DNA of 64,000 nt from an archaeon GW2011_AR15 (lineage in GTDB: Archaea; Nanobdellota; Nanobdellia; Woesearchaeales; GW2011-AR15): the NCBI GenBank assembly GCA_000830295.1, contig CP010425.1, positions 576,001-640,000 on the forward strand. Reading direction: 5' to 3'. The notes beneath the pieces were generated by a model, which saw only the letters and a list, made by a program, of their open reading frames with translations, searched no databases and had not been told where the DNA came from. Each line of letters opens with the position of its first letter. Position 1 is the stretch's first letter. Below, one piece after another: positions 1 to 9,606 of the stretch. The position numbers and the translations under genes were made by a program.

Positions 1-2303
1 TGGAGTTTTTCAAAATAGTTCTTTGAATAGGCATATGTAAGCACCTCAAAATAATCTGCCTTTGTTTTTTCTGAGAGTTCCCCAGAATCATGCCAGATGT
101 AATACAGGTTTTCAGAAATATTGTAGCCCTTCATTCCGTAAAATACCGCATCAAAATCATCTGTCCATGCTATTGCATTATAATTTTCAACTGCACCATA
201 CAGTCCCGGTTCATCAGTAAAGAACCCGACGATGGTTGTTCCGAAATATTCAGGAAACCTCTTGTAATATTCCTCATAAGTTGTTTCTATAAAAAGCTCT
301 GTTGTCTCGGGATCAAGAAGATCAACATATTCTTCTCCGGTGGTTTCAGTCCTGTAATTTGCATAATCTTTATAGAAGATTACGGCGTTAGAATTTATTT
401 CGAAGTTGCAATAATCTTCCGCGCAACTGTCCTTTCCTATAACTTTTATATCTGTAATATCTGTTACATCAAGAATAACTTCAATCATGCTCTTATCAGT
501 ATTAATATCTTTCAGATATATGCTTCCGCCCTCAACAATTTCAATATTGAGGTTCTTTGCCCGTAAATCATAATCCCCTTCGAGAACTTTTCCTCCGGCT
601 CTGCCGCTAGGCCAGTCAAATTCGTCATATATCCAAGCCCGCATACCTCTTTTTTCAAGCTCTTTCAGGGCATAGCCGACGAAGTAAAACCATTCCTCTG
701 ACAAGTATTCCTGTTCGAGTCCTGTTCTGGCATGTATAATAACCTCGCTTATCTCTATATCCTGCATCAGCTCAATCTGTCTTGTTATTTCACCTTCTGC
801 AAGGTTTCCGTTCCAGAACCAGTACGGTATGATTTTAGAAGGAGTATAGTTCACAGGCTGCCTTATTATCTCATAGACCATTATATCCCCAAACTCCTCC
901 GCCAGCATCAGTCTTGTGTCTTTGAAAAGCAATCTGAAGCATTCTTCATTTTCAAAGTCCTTTTCTGTTAAGACATATTTTATATGCTTTTCAATTTCCC
1001 AATATCTATAATCTTTCCAGTCATCTCTCATTAAAACCTTTGAGTAATTCAGTGTGCTGCTGTTGCAGAAAGTTGCAAAATTCAGTGTTCTTCCTTTTTT
1101 CCCGGAAAGCCAATAAAGTCCTTCATTCCAGCCATAATAATAGAATGATTGATTTTCTTCTAGATTATCGGAAAGGAATTCAGTGATTTTATTTTGCTCT
1201 TCTAGAGAACTGAAAGGACCAAACTCCAGCTCGATTGAATCCACATTTAAATTTGGATATAAAACTACAGAAGAAGATATTGTTAGTATCAGAGTAAATA
1301 CAAGCCCGGCAACAAATATTTTTTCTTTAATGAAATGCCTCGCCAGATTTGCAGAAATAAGTGCCAGCAGAGGAACAATATTTAGGATATAATGGCCATA
1401 TGTCGGAAGCACCAAGCTAAATAGAAGATACATAATGCAGAATAATGAGATTAATGAATAGGGGGCTTTCAATTCCCTGCGCTTTAAATATGAAAACAGA
1501 GTAATAAAGATGAATATGGAAGACTGGAGCAAGAACAGTGGGATATACGAAGGCTGCACATTATGCTGGTAGGGTATGTTCAGGTACCAAATTCTAGTTG
1601 CCTCAAAAATACCCGCTGCTCTCTCGATTAAGTTGAAATTATATATATATAATAAACTGGCAAAAGACATGGCGAATAAAGCAAAGATTCCAGTTATCAG
1701 CGGCACATATGCATCTTTTCTTCTTATTGCAAAAAGATAAATTATGTGGAACAGGCTTAGATATATTACCCGCGGATCTGAGAATATTGCCAGAAAATAC
1801 ACAATACTAGCTATGATGAGGTCAACTTTTTTCCTGCCTGCAAGGTATTTATTGAGAAAATACAGGCTTGAAGTGAAGAATAGTATATAGACGAGGCCGA
1901 CTTTATTCAGGAAACCGTGATAAAATGGAATTGCCATAAGAACAGCAAAAATACCGCCTGCAAGATATGTCTCTTTTCTGTTTTTTGAAAACTGATATGA
2001 AATAAGCACGATAAAAATGAAGCATAGCAGATAAAGAAGAAACCCATATAGTCTGTAAAATAAAAAAGAGTGGTTCAGGATAAACAATGGCAGCATATAT
2101 ACGGCATAGACTATGGGTGATTTGTCGAATAACCCTGTTAGAGGTGATGAACTCAGATTGTCTTTCATATACTCTGAGAATGAAACAATCACGCCCTCAT
2201 CAATTTCCATTGGCGTAATTAGCCACATGGATCTCAGTAGGATTGCAAACAGCAAGAGCAGGATAAACTGCTTTGTAAAAAATAGTTTTTTCAGCTCCCT
2301 CAT
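1..2303 (-). CDS. Membrane glycosyltransferase (GT-C, ArnT/PMT-like) fused to a GH106-like glycoside hydrolase domain; runs off the window edge
   Basis: Missing from the ORF track because there is no stop in the window. Manual translation from ATG 2303: MRELKKLFF..MEIDEG..DKSPIVY plus many TM helices, then in the same frame PYWFWNG..IHARTG..WIYDEFDWPSGRAGG..YVDLLDP..GFFTDEPG. Confidence 0.8.
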   Translation of the reverse strand, partial: MRELKKLFFTKQFILLLLFAILLRSMWLITPMEIDEGVIVSFSEYMKDNLSSSPLTGLFDKSPIVYAVYMLPLFILNHSFLFYRLYGFLLYLLCFIFIVLISYQFSKNRKETYLAGGIFAVLMAIPFYHGFLNKVGLVYILFFTSSLYFLNKYLAGRKKVDLIIASIVYFLAIFSDPRVIYLSLFHIIYLFAIRRKDAYVPLITGIFALFAMSFASLLYIYNFNLIERAAGIFEATRIWYLNIPYQHNVQPSYIPLFLLQSSIFIFITLFSYLKRRELKAPYSLISLFCIMYLLFSLVLPTYGHYILNIVPLLALISANLARHFIKEKIFVAGLVFTLILTISSSVVLYPNLNVDSIELEFGPFSSLEEQNKITEFLSDNLEENQSFYYYGWNEGLYWLSGKKGRTLNFATFCNSSTLNYSKVLMRDDWKDYRYWEIEKHIKYVLTEKDFENEECFRLLFKDTRLMLAEEFGDIMVYEIIRQPVNYTPSKIIPYWFWNGNLAEGEITRQIELMQDIEISEVIIHARTGLEQEYLSEEWFYFVGYALKELEKRGMRAWIYDEFDWPSGRAGGKVLEGDYDLRAKNLNIEIVEGGSIYLKDINTDKSMIEVILDVTDITDIKVIGKDSCAEDYCNFEINSNAVIFYKDYANYRTETTGEEYVDLLDPETTELFIETTYEEYYKRFPEYFGTTIVGFFTDEPGLYGAVENYNAIAWTDDFDAVFYGMKGYNISENLYYIWHDSGELSEKTKADYFEVLTYAYSKNYFEKL

Positions 2304-2394
2304 AATAATATGCGTAGTTGGGACATGTGATTTTAAACTTTTCTTTTGCATAAACTATTTATAACCCTCTTCATTCTAAAAGCAAGGTGTGTTC

Positions 2395-3108
2395 ATGGCA
2401 GAAGCTCTTTATATGGAAGATTCATATCTGAAAGAATTTGATGCAGTAGTTAAAGCAGTAAGCAAGGGCAAATATGTAATTCTTGACAGGACAGCATTTT
2501 TCCCTAAAGGAGGGGGGATAGAATATGATACAGGAGTTATTACAAGAAAATCTGACTATAAGGAGTTCAAAGTCGTATTTGTAGGCAAATTTGACGGAGA
2601 GATAAGCCATGAGGTTGACCAGGAAGGACTTAAAGAAGGCGATGAGGTCCACTGCAGGCTTGACTGGGACAGGAGATATCTCCTTATGAGATACCATACA
2701 GCAGCCCATGTCTTAAGCGGCGTATTCTATAAAGAGTACGGTCTGATGATGACAGGCAACCAGATGACACTGGAAAAGGGCAGGATGGATATGAATATGG
2801 AAGAGATGGACCCCGAAATGATAAGTGAGGGGTTTAAGAAGGCAAATGAGCTGATAAAGAAGGATTTTCCGGTAGAGATCTACTCCAAGACAAAAGAGGA
2901 GGCAGAAAAAGACCCGACATTGTTCAAACTGGCTATAGGCTTCCCTCATAAGCTGGATAAGATAAGGATAGTGGATATCAAGGGCTTTGATGCACAGGCT
3001 GACGGAGGATGCCACGTCAAAAGCCTTAAAGAAATAGGGAAAATAAGGTTTACAGAGGCAATCAACAAGGGAAAAGAAAACAGGAGGGTTTATTTTGTTT
3101 TAGAATGA
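2395..3108 (+). CDS. alaX: Alanyl-tRNA editing protein AlaX-M
   Basis: LYMEDSY..LDRTAFFPKGGG N-domain; HTAAH and DGGCH zinc motifs; KGKENRR C-terminus. Confidence 0.93.
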   Translation: MAEALYMEDSYLKEFDAVVKAVSKGKYVILDRTAFFPKGGGIEYDTGVITRKSDYKEFKVVFVGKFDGEISHEVDQEGLKEGDEVHCRLDWDRRYLLMRYHTAAHVLSGVFYKEYGLMMTGNQMTLEKGRMDMNMEEMDPEMISEGFKKANELIKKDFPVEIYSKTKEEAEKDPTLFKLAIGFPHKLDKIRIVDIKGFDAQADGGCHVKSLKEIGKIRFTEAINKGKENRRVYFVLE

Positions 3109-3233
3109 GAGAAATATCATGCCCAAGGTGCGGCTCTTCTGAAATCAGGGAGATTGCAGACGGCTATTATAAGTGCGATTCATGCGGGTATACAGGAAGC
3201 CTTGACATGGATAAAAGCATATCCAGAGAATAG
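3105..3233 (+). CDS. 42-aa zinc-ribbon protein
   Basis: MREISCPRCGS..YKCDSCGY, two CxxC; ATGA overlap with the alaX stop. Confidence 0.7.
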   Translation: MREISCPRCGSSEIREIADGYYKCDSCGYTGSLDMDKSISRE

Positions 3234-3938
3234 TTATTTGCAGTAGGCTTTCCCGAAATTAATGTAAATATAGGCACCCCCTTCCGGGCCTTCAAGGTAT
3301 GGGTATTCGTAGGTTCCAAGGTTTGTTTCTATTGTTGCAATATCTCCAATTTCCTTTTCACCAAAAAAAGAATAGTAAGCATCTGTATCTGTGCCATCCC
3401 ATAACGAGCTTGCCTCTCTTCCATCAATAGAAAGAATTATTTCAGCTTCACTCATCTTTTCTAAATACTCTTCCCTTTCTTCTTCATAGCCGGCAAAATA
3501 CCAGCCGCATACACGCGCTCCACCAAGATTCTCTGTTTCTCCCAAATAGCAATGATATGCATCAATTGAAGAATTCTCATTCTGACATGCCGGGAAATCA
3601 TCCAGTGTCAGTAGTTCTGAGGAAGATGCACTTTGAGTAAAGATAACAATCAATGCTATTACAAGCACTATTGCAGTGGGGATTGCAATAAACTGCCACT
3701 TGATATTCAGCTTGAATCCGGGCTTTTTTTCCGGAGCAGACGCAGATTGTAGGGTAGGAAGAGGCGGGACAGCAGGAGTTGGAGAGGCAGGCCCCAGCGC
3801 CTTATCAATAATATCAGAAGGGACATTAGAACTCTCAAGTTTCTGCCTTATAACCTCCACAGAGAAACCTTTTTTTAGATTATCATCTACATATTTTCTA
3901 ATGTTTTCTAAATAAGTCACCTCTTTTTTATCGTCCAT
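3234..3938 (-). CDS. Hypothetical single-pass membrane protein
   Basis: N-terminal YVDDNLKKGFSVEVIRQKL helical module, Pro-rich linker, one TM helix, extracellular domain. Confidence 0.75.
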   Translation of the reverse strand: MDDKKEVTYLENIRKYVDDNLKKGFSVEVIRQKLESSNVPSDIIDKALGPASPTPAVPPLPTLQSASAPEKKPGFKLNIKWQFIAIPTAIVLVIALIVIFTQSASSSELLTLDDFPACQNENSSIDAYHCYLGETENLGGARVCGWYFAGYEEEREEYLEKMSEAEIILSIDGREASSLWDGTDTDAYYSFFGEKEIGDIATIETNLGTYEYPYLEGPEGGAYIYINFGKAYCK

Positions 3939-3985
3939 CTTATTTAGTCTGGCTTACAAGCTTTATAAATTTTACCTGTAATGCT

Positions 3986-4354
3986 TTAGTTTTTTGATGT
4001 AACGTACAATGCTTTCAGTGCCACTACAGCAGCTCCAGGAGCCACAAACAGGGTTACGTTAGCCAACAGAGGATCTATGAATGTAATCCATGAGCTAACA
4101 AAAGGAACCACCCCTACAACTCTTGTCAGTGTTACGGAAAGCGCATTAGCGGACAGCAGGAAAGTCAGGCTTGCCAACAGATACAATGAAAGCTCTTTTT
4201 CTGTTATGTTCATCAGACCCACAACCAGTCCAAGCACTCCGAGCATCCAGAACACCTGTCCTGCGAATGTTGCAGCTACAGCAATCAGCAGGCCGAAAAA
4301 GAAAGCCCACGGCCCTATACTGCCTAGCATACCTTTATCATTTTTTTTTGCCAT
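3986..4354 (-). CDS. Small multi-pass membrane protein
   Basis: 122 aa, about 4 TM helices, GLVVGLMNITEKE motif; GGTGG RBS-like sequence upstream. Confidence 0.8.
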   Translation of the reverse strand: MAKKNDKGMLGSIGPWAFFFGLLIAVAATFAGQVFWMLGVLGLVVGLMNITEKELSLYLLASLTFLLSANALSVTLTRVVGVVPFVSSWITFIDPLLANVTLFVAPGAAVVALKALYVTSKN

Positions 4355-4410
4355 AAAACCACCCCAGAAATAGTCTAATATATGCGTATATAAATATGTT
4401 TTTATTATCT

Positions 4411-4430
4411 ATTAAAAAACCTTTATAAAT
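4411..4430 (+). promoter_or_regulatory. BRE/TATA promoter of the tRNA-Trp locus
   Basis: AAAAAAC-CTTTATAAAT; the TATA box ends about 26 nt before the displaced tRNA 5' copy at 4455. Confidence 0.6.
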
Positions 4431-4450
4431 TACAGCCGTTTCTGTGAACT

Positions 4451-4551
4451 TAATGGAGGCGTAGTATAACCAAGGCCAACTGATAATGTCGGTTGACACC
4501 ATAGTGGGTTTCGCTACGCTCAAGCCCACATAACGGGGACGTAGTACAACC
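4451..4551 (+). mobile_element. Two-hairpin element copy A with duplication of the tRNA-Trp 5' end
   Basis: TAATGGAGGCGTAGTATAACC (4451-4471) vs TAACGGGGACGTAGTACAACC (4531-4551), 17/21 identical; between them CAACTGA..TCGGTTG and GTGGGTTT-CGCTACGCTC-AAGCCCAC hairpins. Confidence 0.75.
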
Positions 4552-4663
4552 TGGCTAGTATAAGCGGCTCCAGTCATGGAGCGATGAGGCGTAAGCCGAT
4601 GACATGCAGATAAAAGTTCCGGGAAGTAACCGCTGGATCGGGGTTCAAATCCCTGCGTCCCCA
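4535..4663 (+). tRNA. tRNA-Trp(CCA) with 55-nt intron (4574-4628)
   Basis: GGGGACG/CGTCCCC acceptor, AGCGG/CCGCT anticodon stem, CT-CCA-G loop, TTCAAAT T-loop. Confidence 0.92.
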
Positions 4664-4758
4664 CCTTATTTTTTTCGTTCTGTTAACTCGTTAACAGAAC
4701 TGGATTTGTTTCCCTCAAGGCTTTTTTAAAGGCTTGGTGAGCATCCCTGCGTCCCCAC
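4649..4758 (-). mobile_element. Two-hairpin element copy B with duplication of the tRNA-Trp 3' end
   Basis: ATCCCTGCGTCCCCAC exact at 4649-4664 and 4743-4758; between them a T-tract, a perfect 11-bp hairpin (4677-4700), TGTTT and a CAAGGCTTT/AAAGGCTTG hairpin. Confidence 0.75.
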
Positions 4759-4805
4759 TTTTACTTATAGGAAATATTTTAACCAAGACCGTATTTTTGT
4801 TTAAC

Positions 4806-5657
4806 ATGGATATTTCCTTAGGCATAATAACTTACAAAGACAGGAAAATAGATGGACTTCTGGAAAGCATCAAAAAACAAAAGCTGCAAAAAGTAAGGGT
4901 AAAAGAGATTATCGTCGTTTGCATTGAAGCAGACAAGAGACATATAAGAAATCTGCTGAGAAAATATGGATTTGAGAAAGCAAAAATTCTAACAGAGAAA
5001 AAAAGAAAAGGAAAATACAACGCAGTCAATTTATTTTTTAAAGAAGCAAAATCAGGCATCCTTGTGATGAGCAGCGGGGACATTCTGCTGCATGAAGCTG
5101 CAGTTGAAAGTATATGCAGGCCGTTTTCTGACAGTCGGACAGGCATAGTGGCAGCAAGACCTCTGCCTATGAATATTAATTCCGAAAACATGCTGGGATT
5201 TACTGTTGAACTGCTGTGGGAGCTCCATCACATCATTTCATATCAGCAGCCGAAATTCGGCGAATTTATTGCTTTTAGGAATCTCGGATTTATCTTACCG
5301 AAAACAGCAGTAGACGAAGAGACGATAGCGAGCATAATATATTCAAGAGGATATAAAGGAAGATATGCAGAAAACGCAGTAATTTATAATAAAGGGCCCG
5401 GCACAGTCCATGATTACATAAAGCAGAGGAGGAGAGTGTATTGCGGGCATATGCAGCTTAGAAAAATTTCCGGATATAAAGTTCCGACCTTAGATAGCGT
5501 TAGAATTATCAGCCATCTTCTGAAAAGAAAAGAACTCCTGAAGCATCCACTTAAAGCACTCTATGCCATCTCACTGGAATCTGCCGCTAGAGCCCTTGGT
5601 TTTTTTGACTATATTGCCGGAAAAGATTACGCGGTATGGAAGATAATAAAAAAGTAA
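4806..5657 (+). CDS. Glycosyltransferase family 2
   Basis: ISLGIITY, RKGKYNAVN, SSGDI (DxD-like), VDEE, QRRR; ATG 4806 preferred over TTG 4734. Confidence 0.85.
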   Translation: MDISLGIITYKDRKIDGLLESIKKQKLQKVRVKEIIVVCIEADKRHIRNLLRKYGFEKAKILTEKKRKGKYNAVNLFFKEAKSGILVMSSGDILLHEAAVESICRPFSDSRTGIVAARPLPMNINSENMLGFTVELLWELHHIISYQQPKFGEFIAFRNLGFILPKTAVDEETIASIIYSRGYKGRYAENAVIYNKGPGTVHDYIKQRRRVYCGHMQLRKISGYKVPTLDSVRIISHLLKRKELLKHPLKALYAISLESAARALGFFDYIAGKDYAVWKIIKK

Positions 5658-6527
5658 TCAAAGGGATTTTTCTGTTATTTCCACTGCTTTTTCTAAGGTA
5701 ATGAATTCAGGCTTAATTCTTTTCTTTAATTTGCTTATGCTGACCGTCCTTGTCTCTGTAAAGAAATTTACCCTCTGAGAGTTTATCAGAAAATCTCTCT
5801 TGAATATTTTTGACAATAAATCTGCTAATTTTGCGAAGGGCATCATAAAGACACTACATAATGGGATAAAGATGATTTTTTTATTTATCATTTTTGCAAA
5901 TTCTCTCACTGAAACCTGCCTTTCTCCTGCAACAACAAACAATTCATTATTTATATCTTTCTCAATAATTTTGATCAGTATATCTGTAAAATCCTCAACA
6001 AATAATGGCTGTATAAGATTCCTGCCTGAATCAATAAGAGGGAAAAACCCTCTTCTTGCCATCCTGAATATTTTCATGAACCTCCTATCTCCGGGCCCGA
6101 ATATTATTCCAGGCCGTAAGATAACATAGTCAAGGCCGGAATCCTTCACAAGCTTTTCTGCCTCCAGCTTTGTTTTCTCATAAGGTGTTCTGGGGTTTGG
6201 CGGAGTATTCTCCTTAGCATTTATGCATGGTTCGTAGATTCCTGCAGTGCTTATAAAAATAAATCTTGCCCCGGCTTTTTTAGCTTCATTCAGCATGTTT
6301 TTCGTCCCGGTAACATTAACTCTATAATGGGAATCGTCAAATGAGTTATCCATCAGCTTCCCGGCCAGGTGGATAACTATATCAGACTTTTTGGCGCAAT
6401 CTATGATTGTTTCTGGCTTTGTTATGTCCCCGCTGAGAAGGTTTAATTCATACCCTCTATTTTTTAGTTTTTTCACAAGATTTTTACCTATAAAACCCCT
6501 ATGTCCAGTAACAAGAACCCTTGCCAT
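5658..6527 (-). CDS. NAD-dependent epimerase/dehydratase (extended SDR)
   Basis: VTGHRGFIG, IHLAG, YEKTK. Confidence 0.9.
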   Translation of the reverse strand: MARVLVTGHRGFIGKNLVKKLKNRGYELNLLSGDITKPETIIDCAKKSDIVIHLAGKLMDNSFDDSHYRVNVTGTKNMLNEAKKAGARFIFISTAGIYEPCINAKENTPPNPRTPYEKTKLEAEKLVKDSGLDYVILRPGIIFGPGDRRFMKIFRMARRGFFPLIDSGRNLIQPLFVEDFTDILIKIIEKDINNELFVVAGERQVSVREFAKMINKKIIFIPLCSVFMMPFAKLADLLSKIFKRDFLINSQRVNFFTETRTVSISKLKKRIKPEFITLEKAVEITEKSL

Positions 6528-6565
6528 AGCAAATTATTTAAAAAAACGAATGCATATAAAAAACC

Positions 6566-7645
6566 ATGTTTCCCACATACGTCAGGCTAGGGTATTCAAT
6601 ACCAGCATACAGGCTGTCAAGAGTTCTGAATCATCCTCTTGCAAAACCGATTAACATCACCCTTTCTGTCACGAACAGGTGTTATTCAAGATGCCGAAGC
6701 TGCAATGTCTGGAAAGTCCATAAAGAGAATCCCGAGATAGCAACCCAGGAGATGACAACAGAAGAATGGGGCAAATGCCTGAAAAGCCTTGGCAGAGGGC
6801 CAATATGGTTCACAATCACAGGAGGAGAAACAACATTAAGGGATGACCTGCCTCAGATAGTTTCGCTTATAGCTAAGCATAACAGGCCAAGATATATAAA
6901 CTTGGCAACAAGTGGCATTTATCCAAAAAAAACAATTAGCATTGTCAGGGAAACTCTGAAGATAACCTCAAAAAACAACATTCTGTTTACTCTTAACCTA
7001 TCTATTGATGAGATTGATGAGAGATATGAAGAAGTAAGGGGCGTCCCAAAAGGCTTTGAGAAGGTAAAAGAGACATTTTTCGGACTGAAAGAACTTAAAA
7101 AAGAATTTCCGGAGTTTGTTCTTGGTGTTAATATGGTAATCTCAAGGCTCAATTATAAGCGCTTTAAAGAAATTCATAACTATATCATGGATAAATTGGG
7201 GCCGGATTCTTTTGTTTCAGAGATTGTAGAAAGGAGAAAGGCGATATACTTTGATGATGACCTTTCAATACCTGATGAGGATGCACAGGAAATACTTAAT
7301 TATCTCATAGAATATGAGAACCAGAAATCAGAGCAGGCAAAAGTAATTGGCTTTTTCAGAAGGCGATATTACAGGATACTAAAAAAAATAATACATGATA
7401 AGAGGGAAGCTATGCCCTCGTATTCCGGGATAGCCTCCTGCACCATCTCTTATAACGGCGATGTATGGGATGCCCCAAAAGAGACAAACATCTTTGGCAG
7501 CCTCAGAGAAAACGGGTATGATTTCAGCAGGGTATGGAAATCAGACAGGGCAAGAAATGAAAGGAAAAAACTGAGAGCAAAAAGAGAGTATTCAACAACA
7601 GCCAACCCCCTGTATACAGATATGCTTTGCAATCTTAAGATATAA
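6566..7645 (+). CDS. Radical SAM protein
   Basis: CYSRCRSC, TGGE; degenerate SPASM-like C-terminus. Confidence 0.9.
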   Translation: MFPTYVRLGYSIPAYRLSRVLNHPLAKPINITLSVTNRCYSRCRSCNVWKVHKENPEIATQEMTTEEWGKCLKSLGRGPIWFTITGGETTLRDDLPQIVSLIAKHNRPRYINLATSGIYPKKTISIVRETLKITSKNNILFTLNLSIDEIDERYEEVRGVPKGFEKVKETFFGLKELKKEFPEFVLGVNMVISRLNYKRFKEIHNYIMDKLGPDSFVSEIVERRKAIYFDDDLSIPDEDAQEILNYLIEYENQKSEQAKVIGFFRRRYYRILKKIIHDKREAMPSYSGIASCTISYNGDVWDAPKETNIFGSLRENGYDFSRVWKSDRARNERKKLRAKREYSTTANPLYTDMLCNLKI

Positions 7646-8860
7646 CTACATAGCCCTGTTCTTTATCATCTTCTCATACATGAAATCAACAAGCTCAGGA
7701 TTCTTGGAAAGATGGACGCACAAGTGGCAGATAAACGGATAGTCTTCCTTTTCTATCTTTTTTTCTTTTATAAGGAAATCATATAATTCTTTTCCCTTGA
7801 ATCTCTTTAGCAGCATGAGGTGCCTGTGCTCTTTCATAAACACCTCCTCCAGCGAAAGATTTTCACTTAATTTTGCAATAGTGTATTCTTCTTTCATAAC
7901 AGCGGGCCCTGCACAGAAAGAGATTCTCTCGTCAGGCAGCAGTTTAAGCATAGTGCAATATAGATTATCAGGATATTCAAACTTGCCTTTGTTCTCTCTT
8001 ATAATCTCATCTTTATATTTTTTCCCGGCTCCAATTGGAATAATCTGCCTCCATCTTGATTGGTGGTGTTCCATTAATTTGGAGAACTTTTTTCTGCTTT
8101 TTTCATAATCACATCTGGAAACTTCTTCAATCTGAAAATCAAACACATTCCAGCCAAAGACATCTTTTGATATGTCCTTGAGTTTGAGGAAACTTTCTTC
8201 ATTTATTCCATATTTTCGATGTCCGATGCCTATGCTTATAGTTATAAATCCATTATATCCGGCGTCCTTTAGCCTCTGCATATATTCCCAGGCTTTTTTT
8301 GGATCGTTGCACCAAAAACCGTTTGTAGTCATTCCAAAAACTCGCATACCTTTTTTTTGGGCCAATTTGATGGCTTTACAAAGATGATCCATATAGAGAA
8401 AAACTTCACCACCAAAAAAAGAAATTTGTCTTATGTTTACTTCTTTTAGTTTATCTATAAACAACTCTATTCTATCGAGTTCCAGTAATTTATGATCAAA
8501 ATTTGTCTGATAGCAATGATCACACCTGTAATTGCAGGCATAGGTCAATATAACAGTGGCATAATTAGCGTAGAATATATATGATGGGTAGAGAAAGAGG
8601 TCATTCTTTACAAGTTCTTTTGAAAATTCAAACTCCAGCTTTTTCAGATCATTGTATGAATTAAGTTTTGTTTTTTTTCCTTTTGTTACTTTATCGAATA
8701 GCTTATATCCAAGTTTTAGTTTACGTATGTTTAATTTTATATAATCTCTGAATTTTTGATAATCACTTTTAAAAGGAGAGCAATAGAAATACTTCAGTCT
8801 GGCCGCAAGGCCAGCCTTATACTTCAGCAACCTGTATTTGTTTTTTATAGTACTGTACAT
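7646..8860 (-). CDS. Radical SAM protein
   Basis: CNYRCDHC, FGGE, TTNGFW, C-terminal CHLC. Confidence 0.88.
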   Translation of the reverse strand: MYSTIKNKYRLLKYKAGLAARLKYFYCSPFKSDYQKFRDYIKLNIRKLKLGYKLFDKVTKGKKTKLNSYNDLKKLEFEFSKELVKNDLFLYPSYIFYANYATVILTYACNYRCDHCYQTNFDHKLLELDRIELFIDKLKEVNIRQISFFGGEVFLYMDHLCKAIKLAQKKGMRVFGMTTNGFWCNDPKKAWEYMQRLKDAGYNGFITISIGIGHRKYGINEESFLKLKDISKDVFGWNVFDFQIEEVSRCDYEKSRKKFSKLMEHHQSRWRQIIPIGAGKKYKDEIIRENKGKFEYPDNLYCTMLKLLPDERISFCAGPAVMKEEYTIAKLSENLSLEEVFMKEHRHLMLLKRFKGKELYDFLIKEKKIEKEDYPFICHLCVHLSKNPELVDFMYEKMIKNRAM

Positions 8861-9378
8861 TCTATTCCTTTAGAGGATAATCTCTTTTTCATTGAATCTA
8901 AATGGTCATTACCAAGTATTACATATACCTTTTTAATGCTTTCTTTTAAACAGTCTTTACTGATTTCTTCAATCATTGCAGTTTCTCTTTTTTTTATGAA
9001 ATATTCTTCAAAAACAGGATTGTTAGTATTATTAGACCCTGTAGTTGCCATCCTAAAGAGATCTTTTATATTGGAATCCCTATAGAATTGCTTTGCTAAT
9101 TTTATACCTTTTATATCTATATATTTGAATTTAAAACCCTCTTTTTTTAGATATTCTGTCAGGTGATAGAATTCATAAAATCTGGTCTTTTTTAATCCAA
9201 AAATCCCACTAAAAAATCTGGCAGTTATGGTCTTTCTCCGGTGTTTTTTGTATCTTAACATATCATATTCAAGCAAAATAAGAGCATTTTTTGCATTAGA
9301 GTTATTAAGAATAGTTTTTACTTTTTGAAAAGAGGTTGGGTTATTATGCTTAACCCCCATGATAATAATCTTACTCAT
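8845..9378 (-). CDS. Hypothetical protein, possibly a short TraB/GumN(Tiki)-like fold
   Basis: IIMGVKH..LLEY..RETAM..VILGNDHL pattern. Confidence 0.5.
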   Translation of the reverse strand: MSKIIIMGVKHNNPTSFQKVKTILNNSNAKNALILLEYDMLRYKKHRRKTITARFFSGIFGLKKTRFYEFYHLTEYLKKEGFKFKYIDIKGIKLAKQFYRDSNIKDLFRMATTGSNNTNNPVFEEYFIKKRETAMIEEISKDCLKESIKKVYVILGNDHLDSMKKRLSSKGIECTVL

Positions 9379-9606
9379 ATTAAGGCGACATAGTTTTTGT
9401 CTAGATTAATTTAACTGTTTTATGAAGGCTTTAAATTATATCTTCTCAGAATTCTGTTTCCAAAAACCTTTTCTTTAATGAAAGTAAAGACTCTTTCTCC
9501 GAAGCTTTTATACATGGCTATAATAAGAGTCTTCCCTTTTATATATTTTTCGGGCGGGAGCAGCTACCAAAAGGTTTTTTAAGCATTAGTACTTAATTTT
9601 AAGATT

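Noticed and set aside
90-2364. Plus-strand ORFs 90-566, 732-971, 1183-1392 and 2113-2364
   Set aside because: They are shadows of the long minus-strand GT-C/GH gene.
4455-4475. Split or permuted tRNA halves at the duplicated tRNA fragments
   Set aside because: The fragments are only 8-21 nt, lie next to complete tRNA genes, and lack complementary trans-splicing leaders.
4338-4664. 108-aa minus-strand ORF (also 39675-39875 and 40903-41151)
   Set aside because: These are antisense to tRNA genes and elements and have no protein features.
4677-4700. Perfect hairpin as a stand-alone intrinsic terminator
   Set aside because: The T-tract precedes it on the tRNA strand, and it lies inside the duplicated-end element; it is better explained as hairpin 2 of copy B.
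9420-9515. 31-aa minus-strand ORF (MYKSFGERVFTFIKEKVFGNRILRRYNLKPS) as a RiPP precursor for the radical SAM cluster
   Set aside because: No RBS, no leader/core pattern and no PqqD/RRE or peptidase nearby; it may be chance.
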